From Octopus sinensis (taxonomy: Eukaryota): DNA of 64,000 bases. Every line of letters starts with the position of its first letter. The first letter of the stretch is position 1. Below, in pieces: positions 39,978 through 52,964 of the stretch. A program made the translations under genes and the position numbers. Location: the NCBI RefSeq assembly GCF_006345805.1, contig NW_021835957.1, positions 1 to 64,000 on the forward strand, given 5' to 3'. Below the pieces are notes generated by a model. It saw only the letters and a list, made by a program, of their open reading frames with translations, did not search any database and was not told where the DNA came from.

Positions 39978-40986
39978 TTCCCTTACAAACCCGAGCAACG
40001 CCGGGCGATACTGCTAGTCTACAATAAACAGAAAGTTCTCCCACCCTGAGTATTGACTCCCAGATTTTTCCCCCTTGGAAATTCTTGAATCTTCTGGCAG
40101 CAACTTGAAGTGCGAAAACAAAAAAGTTTCCCTTGGGTTAGCATACCTACCACCAGCAGACATCGAAGATGGTTGACTAAATATTACCATATATAGTATT
40201 GTCACAAGAGTGGTTGTCACGGTGGTAGTCGTGGTAAGTTGATGTTCATGCACTAAATGAATTTTAACGTTTTTTGTTTTTTTCTGGCTACTTTTCTGGA
40301 TCGAATATCACCAAATGTTGCTTGGTGGTGGTTGTTTGTTCACTTCGTTGGGTGTCACCAGTTGTTACGAGAGTGGTGTTTGGGCGTTTCGTCAAATGGG
40401 GCAATGGTAGCTGTTGAGTTGGTGAATGGAAATGTATTTTTCAGATTACTTGAAGAAGTAATTAACACTCGCAAACAATTAACAGAAGATTTCATTACTG
40501 TATATTGTGTTTTCTGGTTGTTGTTGTTTTTTTTACAAATACTAACAATAATTACATACCGAGAGAGACACGCTGCTTGGGATTTACATGTTAACCAATA
40601 TAGCAATTTGTGGTCGGCCCATCATAACTGGAAAATAATTGTGCTCCATTCGAGGAGACGAACATTCCTGTCTACTATCTGCCAGGTGCCTTAATCAGCT
40701 GAATGTAGTAATGAGAATGGAGACGTCATGTGGCTACCTCAACATTCTGCGGTTACCACTTTTATATAGGACACAATGAGAAAGTTCTAGAAAATCAAAT
40801 CACGCCATGGCTTGACGTTGATTAGTTGCTTAATAGACCGATCACGTGAAACTACTGAGATTTGATCGTGATGTCTGCTTGGCTACCTAGAGATTCGGTT
40901 TTGAATCACTGCTACAATATTGTTCTTTCCACACAACACTACTATATATATATATGGTCTATATTGTCAAATATAGTAATGTTGTT

Positions 40987-41425
40987 CTTTTATTCTTTTA
41001 CTTGTTGCAGTCATTTGACTGCGGCCACGCTGGATCACCACATTTAGTTAAACAAATCAACCCCCAGGACTTATTCTTTGTAAGCCTAATACTTATTCTA
41101 TTGGTTGTTTTTGCCGAACCGCTAAGTTACAGGGACATAAACACTCCAACATCGGTTGTAAAGCAATGATGGGGGTGCAAACACAGACACACAAACATAT
41201 ATTCACAAAAGACGAAGACAGGTGGTGTAGACAACAAACAGATGTATTAGTATAAAGCTCAGGAAGTGAAAGTCTTTAAAGTTTCGAGCCTACGCTCTTC
41301 TACAGAAAGGAACACAAATAAACAAAGAGAGAAAATAAAGGATATGTATAGTGGCTAGTGATCTATCATGGCGAATGTATATACATACATATATATATAT
41401 GTGTGTGTGTAGATATATATATATG

Positions 41426-41520
<95 letters not shown>

Positions 41521-41675
41521 CGGGCTTCTTTCAGTTTCTGTCTACCAAATTCACTCACAAGGCTTTGCTTGGCTTGAAGCTATAGCAGAAGACACCTACC
41601 CAAGGTGCCACGCAGTGGGACTGAACCTGGAACCATGTGGTTGGGAAACAAGCTTCTTACCACACAGCCATGCCT
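40987..41675 (-). mobile_element. SINE family A interrupted by a ~180-bp hammerhead-like element (~41200-41377) and an expanded (TA)n
   Basis: The SINE 3' half is at 40987-41200 and the 5' half at 41520-41675. The intervening foreign block contains minus-strand CTGTAGA-A-GAGC-GTAG-GCTC-GAAA. Confidence 0.8.
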
Positions 41676-43462
41676 GATTTTGAACATTCAAAAAAAAGTT
41701 AACTGTTGTACTCTATACCAGACATGAACAACATTTTTCGAGAGACTTCATTTTTTTTTTTCTTTTCTAATTTTGACAATAAGGAAGCTATTTTGAAGGG
41801 AGACGAAGTCGATTACATTGAACTCAGTACTTGACTGGGACTTATTTTAATGATCCCGAAAGAATAAGGCAACCTGACCTCGGTGGCATTTGAAATCAGA
41901 AAATAAAGAGCCGAAGAACTGCTGCTAAGTATTTACTCCAGAACTGTAACGATTTTGCCAACTTGCCCCCTTTGAGTTTGTTGTGGTATTGTATCGATGT
42001 ATTTTAAACATTGTTGGAGTTGATGTTGCTGTATCAGTTGTGGTGAGTGATCAGGCTGGCTGTGTATAATATGACAAGGCAAACTCAGGAACATTTAACA
42101 GATTTTATTAAGGAAAAGAGAAGCATGTATACATACATAAATTATCAAATCCTCATTGGTAACAAACTAGGAGTTGGGGATTAACTTAACTGTATTTTCT
42201 CAGTCATTAGTTATCTGGAAAATGAGAGACTGCCGAAACCTGAAGCTTTTTCCTTGATTTCCTTGGTAAAAGCTGAAATATGTCCCGCTTGAAATGCCAT
42301 TAGAGCTCTACTTCAGTCTGGCTTATGGTGAGAGATGAGATGTGTGTTCTATGTGGTGGTCTCGACCTTCTATTCTGAGATCTTCGCGGCACCGCTTATC
42401 ATGCAAGGTAAATGCATGAATCTCAAGAAAATTTGAGATGATGTTCATGACATGGCTTCAAGCTGTTTGGTCAATATTTAGGTTGTTCACGTAAAACTTG
42501 CATGTTGCAATTGTAGCTTACTTATGATTGTGAACTAATTATTTTACGGTTGGTGTTCAAATCCTTACAATTTCAATTTAATGTTGACTTCTAAAAATTG
42601 AAACAAACCCCAAAATTTAGGCGGAGGATATAGTCGATTAATTCGATCCAGTGCTTGACTAGTACATTGTTTTATTGACCCAGAAAGATGAATCGCAAAG
42701 CTGGCCACGACAGGATTTGAACTCAGAATGTAAAAGATTTTAGTAAAATTCTGCAAAGAATTTTGTGTGACCCGTTAATAGGATTCTGCTAATCCACCAC
42801 TCTTTTTATATATATTTCCATAATATTGGTAATTCCAGAAACAGAAAAACAAAATACAAAAACCATTCTAACTAGAAATTCATGTCAGAGCATTGAACTA
42901 AGCAATTATAAATGGTATAATTAGTTAAGGAAATAGGAGAAGCAGGGGAAGTGACCTCATAACCTTTAAAGACCCCCAACTAGACTTGTGAGAGTGATGT
43001 CATTGATGGCATGGTGGAATATTGTCATGTCGATATCTGTAGCATAAATATGGGTGGGGAAGAAAATAGGAACCTATTTGCAACGCATGCAATAAAAGAT
43101 ATTTCGCTAAAGACATCGAGAGATTGGGTGATGGTATTAAACCAATTAGGATATGAGGGCAGTGGACGACCAGCCAAGAAGTCAGCTGATTGAACCAAAC
43201 AGTTTTATCGTTTTATTACCATTCAGTGGTCTTAGGTCTTAAGATATCTGATTTTTACTTCATACTTATTTGTCTTTATAGAGCGAATGAAATACTGATT
43301 AATAGTCATAATCTCTTAATATAGTTCCATTAATATCCAGGATGTTTTATAATAATATTGAATCAACTCATTACTAGGTAATCAGAGAAGCATAGTTGAT
43401 TAAGACAAGTCCTGAACTCAGGAATGATCTCGTTTGAGATTACAACCATCTTTGTCTAGTTT

Positions 43463-44409
43463 AACCCTGTTGTGTCCACTGCTCTGATTGGTTGGCATTT
43501 GGCGCAGTTTGTCTTCCGACTTATTTCGCGCCAGTGTGTAGGCCAACCAATCATGGCCTTTGGATAAGGTCTCGTGACACTGTTTTCCTGATCCCTCATT
43601 TGAGCCATCTAAACCCTATAAATAATCCAGCATTTCACTATTCCTGGTCTTTCGGCTTTAGACCTTCTAAGGTCTAGTCACTGACCACAGAGCTACTCAG
43701 CCATGTTCCAGTTTGAGCGACAGACGACCAGTCAGCCAGCCAGCCATGCTACTGCTCCAGCCATGAAGATGCTATTATACACCAGTGACAGACAGGATGT
43801 TCTCCATCTCCGCCACCGTCATCACCATCGCCGACGACTTCATGTACACAACATTCACACACGTTTAAACTCACGCTGTTTGTGAATATTTCACCGAGGT
43901 AAAACAGTTCCAGTCTACCCGAAAGAACTTTCTGTACCAAGAGACTCGGCACAGCATAATAGCCACAACTTCTACACGTGTAGTAACCGGTCTCTGCCAC
44001 GTGACCCCCCCCCAACATTTTGTTATAGAACTCTTGCTATCATGTACCTCACTTATGAACTGGTAAACTAATTCCATCTTAACTCAATATGCTGAGACAT
44101 TCATCTTATGCTCAGTATTTTGTTCTATACGCATACACCTCTGTCACATACACGAACTCACAGGTACAAACACTTATCGCATGCATCTAGACACAATACT
44201 GCTAGCACTCACAACGCACTATCTTTGTACACATTGTAAATAAAGTCTTCTCTCTCTCAGACAGTTGAACGGTTGTCGTCCATCATTTATTCCTTTTGGC
44301 ACTGTATTTTATATTATGTATTTGGCTTCATAGTTAGTTAGGGGCGACCGTGCGGCGTTCAAAAGGAAATATTTGTCACCAACACCCCACGTACGGTCGT
44401 ATTCCCTAC
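43463..44409 (+). mobile_element. LTR-like repeat, second copy of the 32866 family
   Basis: Homology to 32924-33822, AATAAA at ~44239, ends CCCTACA. Confidence 0.55.
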
Positions 44410-44489
44410 AAGAGAGAGAAAATTCTGTGCTACTTTTGCATACAGTCTAGTGCAGTATCCATAGTCTCCACTGTGAAATGACTTGATCT

Positions 44490-44650
44490 GGGTTAGGAAT
44501 AGGGTTATGGTTTAAGGTCAGAGTAGGGATAGGGTTTAGAGTTAGCTATTAGGGCTTAGGGTTTAGGGTTAGTTAGGGGTTGAGTTTTGGGGTTATGGTT
44601 ATTTTTTTAGGATTATGGTTAGGGTTAGATTTTATCGTTATGGTTAGATT
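44490..44650 (+). repeat. Degenerate (TTAGGG)n-like tract
   Basis: GGTTAGG/TTAGGGTT/TAGGGTTAG variants. A short (CCCTAA)2 also lies at ~12218. Confidence 0.6.
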
Positions 44651-45519
44651 GCACGCAAAAGCGTAAATGACCAGGTATAACGTACTCTAAAATCTAAAAG
44701 GCCGGGTTGACCGCAGTTCTTAGTGTCTACATACAGAGTAACTGTTTCCTAGTTCTTCCTCGTCAAATTGTTCTGAGTAGCTGCTGGAATTATCTCCCTT
44801 GCTTTCTTATTTAAACGTAAATAGATATTGGATACACATGGCATGTGTTATAGTCGACTTGTTGCTTGAATAATATTCATTAGTCGAAGTTTTTCAACGC
44901 ATATTAGATGCCAGACTATACCATACGAATATTTGAATCCATTAACCGAGTTCTATTCCCTTCACTCAACAACAAACTCCCCAAAGTAAGACACGGACGT
45001 TTAAGATTCAAATTTTCTCACAGCCATAATTTTTACGTTCTTTTGCCTGAAAAAGAAATCAATTTGAGACAGAAAGGTTTTTAAAAAACAAATTTATGTG
45101 AGAATATAGATTTTTATCGCTACGTAGTAAAAATATGTGTAACAAATAAAGAAGATGAAAACAAAAAGCTGTAACTTAAAATATAAAATAGAATAAATAA
45201 ATAAATAGCTATCAGACGAGCAATATTTCAGTATTTTCAATGAATGGTTGGTTCGATAACGTAGCTTCTTTCAAAACAGGTGGCTCACACAACCTTCTAA
45301 CAGCTGTTGAAAATATCTTTTTGAAACCATGTGGTACAACCTACGCACTACTATACATCATTCTACATTCTGTGAATGTAAGTGTGTGTGTGTGAGAGAG
45401 AGATGGAGGCTGTTTCCTCTTGAGTTCTTTGGATTCTATGGTTAAAAGAAAGATACCTTTGCTTGAAACATATTTCGGTTCTCCTCTTAGCACACAAACT
45501 TTATGAATTTCACACAACA

Positions 45520-45564
<45 letters not shown>

Positions 45565-46195
45565 TGTGTGTAATACTTTCTAGGGCTATGTTAAGCACTC
45601 GACCCGGATTCCCTTTAACTATTTATTACGAAATTCTATGAGAGTCATCAAGAGAATCTTTAATTGAATACTCGACCAGCTAGAAATAACAACCAAATTT
45701 CTCTTAGATCATATCCTACTGCTTTAAATACGTAAGACATACAGAACAAATGGAAGTAAATATCGGTGTCATGTATCGAACACCTTGCAGCGTATTGTCC
45801 ACTCTTGTCCGTCCATATGCTAAGTGTAAAAAAAATATGCAGTGAACATTGCTGCTCATTCGTCTGAATTAGCGTTCAGCAGCAGTGACGACGATGACCT
45901 AAGAAGTTCTCCGAGGCATAAGTGTGGGTAAGGCTGTTTACAGAAGACCGGCAGTTGCCCATGCATATCAGCCTTTCCTCTCTACAACACCAATGTTATC
46001 CAAGTAAAAAAGCAAAGGCTTGGTAACAGTGACGTCACAGCTCATTTCTACAGCTGAGTTAACTGGAGCAACGTGAAATAAAGTGTCTTGCTCAAGAACA
46101 TCACATAGAGCCCAGTCTGAGAATTGAACTCATTACCTCATGATTGGGAGCCCAATACTCTCACCACTGAGCCATGCGCCTTCACATATTATTAT

Positions 46196-46417
46196 TATCT
46201 GTTTCTTTATTACCCACAAGAAGCTAAACATAGAGGGGACAAACAGATTAAGTCGATTACACCGACCCCAGTTCGTAACTGGTACTTAATTTATCGACCC
46301 CGGAAGGATGAAAGGCAAAGTCGACCTCGGCGGAATTTGAACTCAGAACGTAACGGCAGACGAAATACGGCTACGTAGTTCACCCGGCGTGCTAACGGTT
46401 CTGCCAGCTCGCTGTCT
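46196..46417 (-). mobile_element. SINE family C with 16-bp target-site duplication
   Basis: CTTCACATATTATTAT at 46180-46195 and 46418-46433 flanks a reverse-complement copy of the 31030 family. Confidence 0.85.
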
Positions 46418-47513
46418 CTTCACATATTATTATCATAATTGATAACACTGATTCAGCTCCATACAACTTAGTTTTGTAGGCTTCTCATATAAGTTTAGCT
46501 CATCAATCACCTAAGCCTGATGAATGAAATTCATATGATGAGCCTACGAAACTAAGGTGCGTGGAGCCAAATAATACAATTTACAAAATAAAAATATATA
46601 GCTCAGTGATCAGCGCGTTGGGCTCACAATCATGAAGTAGTGAGTTTGATTCTCGGACTGGGCTGTGTTGTGTTCTTGAACACAACACTTTATTTCCTGT
46701 TGCTTCAGTTCATTCAGCTGTAGAAATGAGTGGCAACATCACTAAAGCCAAGCGGTATCAGCTTTTGCCTTTCCATTAGATGACACAGGTGGTATGGAGA
46801 GGGGAGGCTTCTATGCATGGGTGATTGCTGTTCTTCCATAAACAACCTTACCAGGACTTGTGCATTGGAGGGGAACTTTCTAGGTGTATCCCATGGTCAT
46901 TCATGGCAGAATTATTACTGTGCCAGGTAAAATCCTTAGCAGTATTTCTTTCATCTGTCTTTACATTCTGAGTTCAACTTTGCTTTTCATCCTTTCAGAG
47001 TCAATAAAATTAGTTAGCAATTGAGCACAAGAGTTCTTGTCCTCTGAAGTTGCTGGCCTTGTGCCAAAATTTTGAAACCAATACATGTAAGCCCAACCAA
47101 ATGTGTTGAGTGCCACTTTTGTTTGACCACTCAGTTATATATGTGTATATATATATATGTTTATGAATTTATTTAGCAAGATTCCTGATGTGGGATGGAA
47201 GAGTCACTGAAGAGGTCACAGGTGTGTGACAAAAAATTTCCAGAGAGTGGGAAAAAAATATGAACAATAATAAATGAGTGAAGAACAAATATATAGTGCA
47301 TAGGTTTATTTGGCAAGAATATAAAAAATGGTCATTCCGAAATACAATAATATATATATAGATACACATCTGAGAATGTAAAGATAAATAAAGACTACAA
47401 ATGTTTCATAGCTAAACTCTTTTTATCATATATCTTCACCTTTTGTCATCTGTACTAGCTGTATATATGCTCGAAGTTTATTATCTTCATACATAGACTA
47501 GTGTATGTATATA

Positions 47514-48301
47514 CGTAGTCTGATCAATAAGTATCTAGACGGTTGCCATAGTAATGAATCTAAAACAGAGTGAAACCACTTGGCACTGATTGACCTTGAA
47601 CTCTGCTGCACATGTGCACCAAGTTTTAACATTCTAGCTCACTTCCCCTGTTTACAGCAGTGCTTGGAAGGAACATGTGTAGCATGTGATCATCGTATTG
47701 ACCAGGACAGAAAAAGCTGAGCAGAGAATCTGCATTAAATTTTGACATAAGCTTGGTGATACCTGCTCAGAGGCTTATGCAAAATTTTCAAAACATGTTC
47801 ATTGTTCTCGCCACAGTCAAGGAGATCTTGTGCAACTGAAACCTGAGTATCTTTTCGGACTGAACTGAACCATAACTAATCTGTACATCCTCTGATAACT
47901 CACAAATGATTTGATGATTTCCCCTCACAGCTGTGATGTTTTCCACATTTCTGCTGGTTGCAAGTGTCCCAGAACATTCGTCAATACCAACATTTTTTCG
48001 GCCATCTTGGAAACATCTGAACCACTTGTACACTTGTGTGTGGCTCATACACTGCTCTCCATACACTTTCTGCAACTTTGTGTAGGCCTTTGAGCAGGTA
48101 TCGCCATGGTCAATGTGACGATCACACGCTACACATTTTCCTTCCAAGCACTGCTGTAAACAACAGAAGTGAGCTAGAATGTTAAAACCTAGTGTGCATA
48201 CACAGCAGAGTTCAAGGTCAATCTTTGCCAAGCAGCTTCACTCCGAATGCTTTAGCTTTGTTATTATGGCAACAGTCTAGATACTTATTGACCAGATCTC
48301 A
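47514..48301. mobile_element. Mariner-derived foldback MITE made of two inward-facing 5' ends
   Basis: TA-flanked TIRs (CGTAGTCTGATCAATAAGTATCTAGAC... / ...GTCTAGATACTTATTGACCAGATCTCA). The left arm (+) encodes EQRICIKF*HKLGDTCSEAYAK. The right arm (-) encodes GDTCSKAYTKLQKVYGEQCMSHTQVYKWFRCFQDGR (mariner HTH). Confidence 0.85.
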
Positions 48302-48305
48302 TATA

Positions 48306-48357
<52 letters not shown>

Positions 48358-50940
48358 AAGTTAATCCAAACATCAAAGCACAAAAAAAAACACAACAACG
48401 CGAGGAGGTGGAACAAATATAGTATTATTGGACGCTCAGGAAAGAAGGAGGGATAACATTTCGAGCTGAGCTCTTTGTCGGAAACATAGAATGAAAGATC
48501 CAGAGAAAGGAAGACAGAGGAAAAAAAATCGCTAACGGTACACACGCGGTCACATTTTGAATCATATATATATATGTACTTATACTTTTGTCCCCATGGG
48601 TAATATGAGGAAATATGGCACATATACAATAATCGTAATTAAACTTTTATTCAAATCTCTCAAAATGATTGATAACACAAATACTAAGTTTTAGAAAATT
48701 ATTTCATACTGTCTCTCAATCTTTCTATATAATGTACATCATGACCGGAGAATTCAACCAACAGTTTCATTGGCTAATATATATAATTTAGACTTAGGAG
48801 AAGGGATAGAGCTTCCTATATCTTTTCTAGGCTTTACTCATCTGGATAGGAGCAAGTGCCAAGTGATATGTTTTGAAATCTTTGAAGGCCAATGGTTCAT
48901 GGAAAACATTAGGTTAGGGCTTAGGTGAAACACAATAAAGAGGAAATACATGAGGATGCTATCATTTGACTGTGTGTTCACTGAGATATTAATTGATGAT
49001 ATTGCAACCAGGTTTTGTCACTTTTTTGCTGCTCTCTGTGAGTCAGTGGAACTGAGGCATGATCACTCTTTGATGATACAAGACCAGCTTTTCCCCCCAC
49101 CTTCCACTGTTCCTTGCATGGTTGTCTTTGCCTGACATGGCTATACCATTTCAGTTTCCTTGTCTTCATAATTGTCAGCAGATCCTTGTGGTCAAATAGC
49201 CTGTGTTATTCTCATCCCCACATCATCATGTTCTTTGTACAAGCCATCTCATCTTCATTGTGCTTACCTTTTTTCTTTTCCAATTCTTTTAATGTCCAAG
49301 CATTGCAGGTGTATAGAAATATGGATATCACAAATGAGGATAAGATTAGACAGAACGGTTATGCAATATCAGAACCCAGTAGTATTCCTTGATAACTATG
49401 TATATTAAGCATGGTTGTGTGGTTTAGAAGCTCCTTTTACAACCCTGTAGTTTTGGGTTCAGTTCCACTATGTGGAAATTACCTTCTACTAGAATTCCTG
49501 ACCAATGAATACCTTGTGAGTGAATGTGGTAGCTAGAAATAGTGAGGAAGCCCATCATATATGTGTGCATGTATTCACTTCTACCACCACTGCTTGACAA
49601 CCTGTTTTGGTCTGTTTACATCCCTGTAATATAGCAGTTCAGCAAAAGAGATTGATAGAATAAGTACCAAACTTGAAAACATATACTGGGGTCAATTTGT
49701 TTAACTAAACCCCTTAAAGTAAGTGTTCCAGCAATACTGCAGTTTAATGACTAAAATAAATAGATAAAAGATATGAACAGCTTTGTCCAGCAAAACCTGT
49801 CTTAATTGATTTTAAGCTTCATTAAGTAACAATTTTTGGCTCTCACTGTTACCAAAGGTATCTCCTGGTAAAAGCACAACCTTAACAAAGCTAAGATTTC
49901 ATTCCAGCAACTACCCATGCCCTTCAAGACTAGAAGCTACTTCAGCTCCTAACATTCTGCAAAGCTCAAATGAGGCTCTTTTCTCACATTTGAGACAGTG
50001 CTGTTGCAATACACACAGATATACCTCTCGTTTTTAGTAAAAATTACTGAATGGTAGTATGAATGGAATAAAGTGTTTTATCACAGTCTCCATTGCAATT
50101 AGTGACATTTAAAACGGAGTGTTCAGGGCCAGCTTTTTTTTTTCTTTTTTGCATTTAAATTACTCCTGCTTCTAGGATGATTCAAATTACATTCTATCCA
50201 GACATATGAAGTAGTTCTATAAATCCTAACAACTGGATACCTTTTATGAAGTCTACTCTATATTTGAGCCTGTACGTGGTCCTTAGAAATGCTAGAAATA
50301 GCAGTCAAATCTCCCACAAATTGAAAAGAGAACATGATGAGCAATGTTATCCAAGGTCTCAGCTGGAATGCTTCTGGTTATAGTATAACTGCTTTACAAT
50401 GATCCATTCATCCTATATTTAAGGAATTTGATTATGCCATTGTCCAACGACAACAGTAACTATCAGGTGTTGCTGCTTAACTTCAAGTGAATGATCGAAT
50501 GTATACCAGCTGTGACCATCCCATCATTATAGGGACAAATAGGATTACAACAGCTAATGTCAGGGGAATGATTTCATTGCAGGATGTGGGTCACATAAAC
50601 TGTCATAAGTTTCTAAAACCCTAAATAGTGGTGAGGATCAAAGCCTCAAGTTCAAACAATATAGAGGTGCTCACCAAGGAAATCATGAAATTATAAAACA
50701 TTCAGTTTTTTCTCAGCAAAGAACCCCTACAAACTTTTATGCATTTGTAAGTTGCCAGTAGTACTTAACTGTTTAGCACTCAGATTATTGTCAAATGTAA
50801 CGCTAATTTATTAATATTGTTTTGAATTAATCATGCATTATCTCATAGCTTTGAGATTTTGATGATGCGATAGTTTGACTGGTTTAAAAGCTAAAAGGCT
50901 AATGAAGTTTCTGGACACAGAAACAAGTCTTAGATAACTA

Positions 50941-51286
50941 GGAGCGGCTGTGTGGTAAGTAGCTTGCCTACCAACCACATGGTTCCGGGTTCAGTCCCAC
51001 TGCATGGCACCTTGGGCAAGTGTCTTCTACTGTAGCCTTGGGCCGACCAAAGCCATGTGAGTGGATTTGGTAGACAGAAGCTGAAAAAAGCCCATAATCT
51101 ATATGTGTTTGTCCCCGCACATCGCTGGTGTGTTTACGTCCCCGTAACTTAGCAGTTCAGCAAAAGAGACCAATAGAATAAGTACTAGGCTTACAAAGAA
51201 TAAGTTCTGGGGTCAATTTGCTCAAATAAAGACGGTGCTCCAGCATGGCCACAGTGAAACAACTGAAACAAGTAAAAGTAAAGAGT
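50941..51286 (+). mobile_element. SINE family A
   Basis: Colinear with the 17730 copy. Confidence 0.9.
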
Positions 51287-52600
51287 AATATTCTGTTATG
51301 CTTGATAGTAAGACAAATTAGTGATTGCAATATTTGTGACAAGTCTATTTAACTACGGACTGATTGAATAAGCCATAAGTCAAAATCTGCAACAAGAATT
51401 TTGCAATAAATTTCAGTTTCAATATTGAGTTCCTCATCAGTAAATTATAAAGTTGCTTTAAAATAACCTCAACGTAACATTTGTTATACTAAATTACGTC
51501 TATTCTTTCAGTGGTTTAATGATCATCTATTTAATGTCAGAGAATTCTGCAAATGTTAGCAGTTCACATTTTGAATTAGGTGGCCATAGTCATCTTCCAT
51601 CCGACAACTAGTCAGTATTACTGATCATTATTTGATTGATTTCTCTATGCTGCTTCCCATGGTGATTCTAATTTAGTCTAATCTCTCACCTATAGTTGTT
51701 TGGGTCATAGGAATAATGGAAATCCCACTACAACAATCAAGATAAGAATCATTAAATTTAAATCAATAATGCTGATAAATAGCAATCTTTTATTTTTAAC
51801 AATAAATGGAAAGTACTTTCCCATTTTTTCATGTTTCTAACCAAACAGCAATCATCAGATAGTACATTAACTGGGTCCCCCTACCACTGCAATAAAATAT
51901 ACAATGTGTTACTACTACTACTCTACTACTGAGTTCTCTTTCACATACTATACAGAGACAAACATTCTTTCCTTCTAAATAAGCTTGGTATAGCAAAATA
52001 ACTGTACGCTGTTCTTGAAGAGTTATCGAACTTGCTCAAAGCAAATGAAAAATAATAATCAGTAAATGCAATCTTCACTATAGAAAGAACTTTTTGTTTC
52101 GGTACAAGATCTTTTGTACAATATGGTGGATAAAGCAGTGACTTGCAGATATTTCATCAATCCCTTGTATCTTTGCGAGATGGATTGTTTGCACTTTGTA
52201 GCTGAACAACCTGCACAAACGATTTGTTTATAGTGAACAGCACACACCCTCCATCAAATTGACATTACCTGAACAGGTACATGGTGTATCATGTCAGGTG
52301 TCAAGGTAACCAGAACGTGAGATGAGGTTTTTGGTGCCTGGCCCAAGAGCAATCATGAGTGCCACATCCTAACTTCTAAGTCACGAGTTGTTTCAACCCC
52401 CAATAACAAAACCAAACTATACCAACCAGTCTCTTGACTGTGGAGTTTCCATACAAATACCCATTACTTTGATTAAATCAATAACAAAAAAGATACCTAA
52501 ATTCAAATTCTCTGTGGTCACCTGATTAAAAAGTTCACTAAGTAGATATGTGGGGTTCCAGATTTGAACCACCACTATGCTGTATCTTGGGCAAGTGTCT

Positions 52601-52964
52601 TCACCAATAATCACAAGTGATTATATCTGCAAATGGAATTTACAGCCATGCTAGCATGGAAGGTGGAAGTTAAATGATGATAATAAAAAATCATTGTCTG
52701 TCAGTGTTTACACTGTCCCAATTCTTCACCAAGACAAAACCAAACCCCACCAAAAACCAGACCACTCAATATTGTTTAAGACAATCACCAATAATCACAA
52801 GTGATTATATCTTGCAAATGGAATTTACAGCCATGCTAGCATGGAAGGTGGAAGTTAAATGATGATAATAAAAAAATCATTGTCTGTCAGTGTTTACACT
52901 GTCCCAATTCTTCACCAAGACAAAACCCCACCAAAAACCAAACAACTCAATATTGTTTAAGACA
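52601..52964. repeat. Direct tandem duplication, ~184-bp unit, 2 copies
   Basis: TCACCAATAATCACAAGTGATTATATC starts at 52601 and 52785; both copies end TATTGTTTAAGACA. Confidence 0.9.

Larger units (their letters stand above)
34521..40017 (+). mobile_element. Second Helitron, tandem to the first, split by ~5.1 kb (SINE A + spacer + satellite array)
   Basis: The 5' part (34521-34867) ends TTGGCTATAACTCTCTGAAAATGCTTA. The matching continuation TTCCCTTACAAACCCGAGCAACGCCGGGCGATACTGCTAG^T resumes at 39978-40017. In the intact neighbour these two blocks are only ~10 nt apart. Confidence 0.65.

Noticed and set aside
35306-40049. Cluster of long ORFs (up to 698 aa) as a protein-coding gene, or the array as a CRISPR
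   Set aside because: The ORFs result from a stop-free 23-bp unit and have GTG pseudo-starts. Units are contiguous with no unique spacers, there are no cas genes, and the context is eukaryotic.
40014-40700. Exon-like, Thr-rich minus-strand segments with GTATG donors
   Set aside because: Every frame is interrupted by stops and no family is recognisable, so a gene call cannot be supported.
44490-44650. True telomere or chromosome-fusion scar
   Set aside because: The tract is short, highly degenerate and single-orientation, typical of repeat-internal TTAGGG-like sequence.
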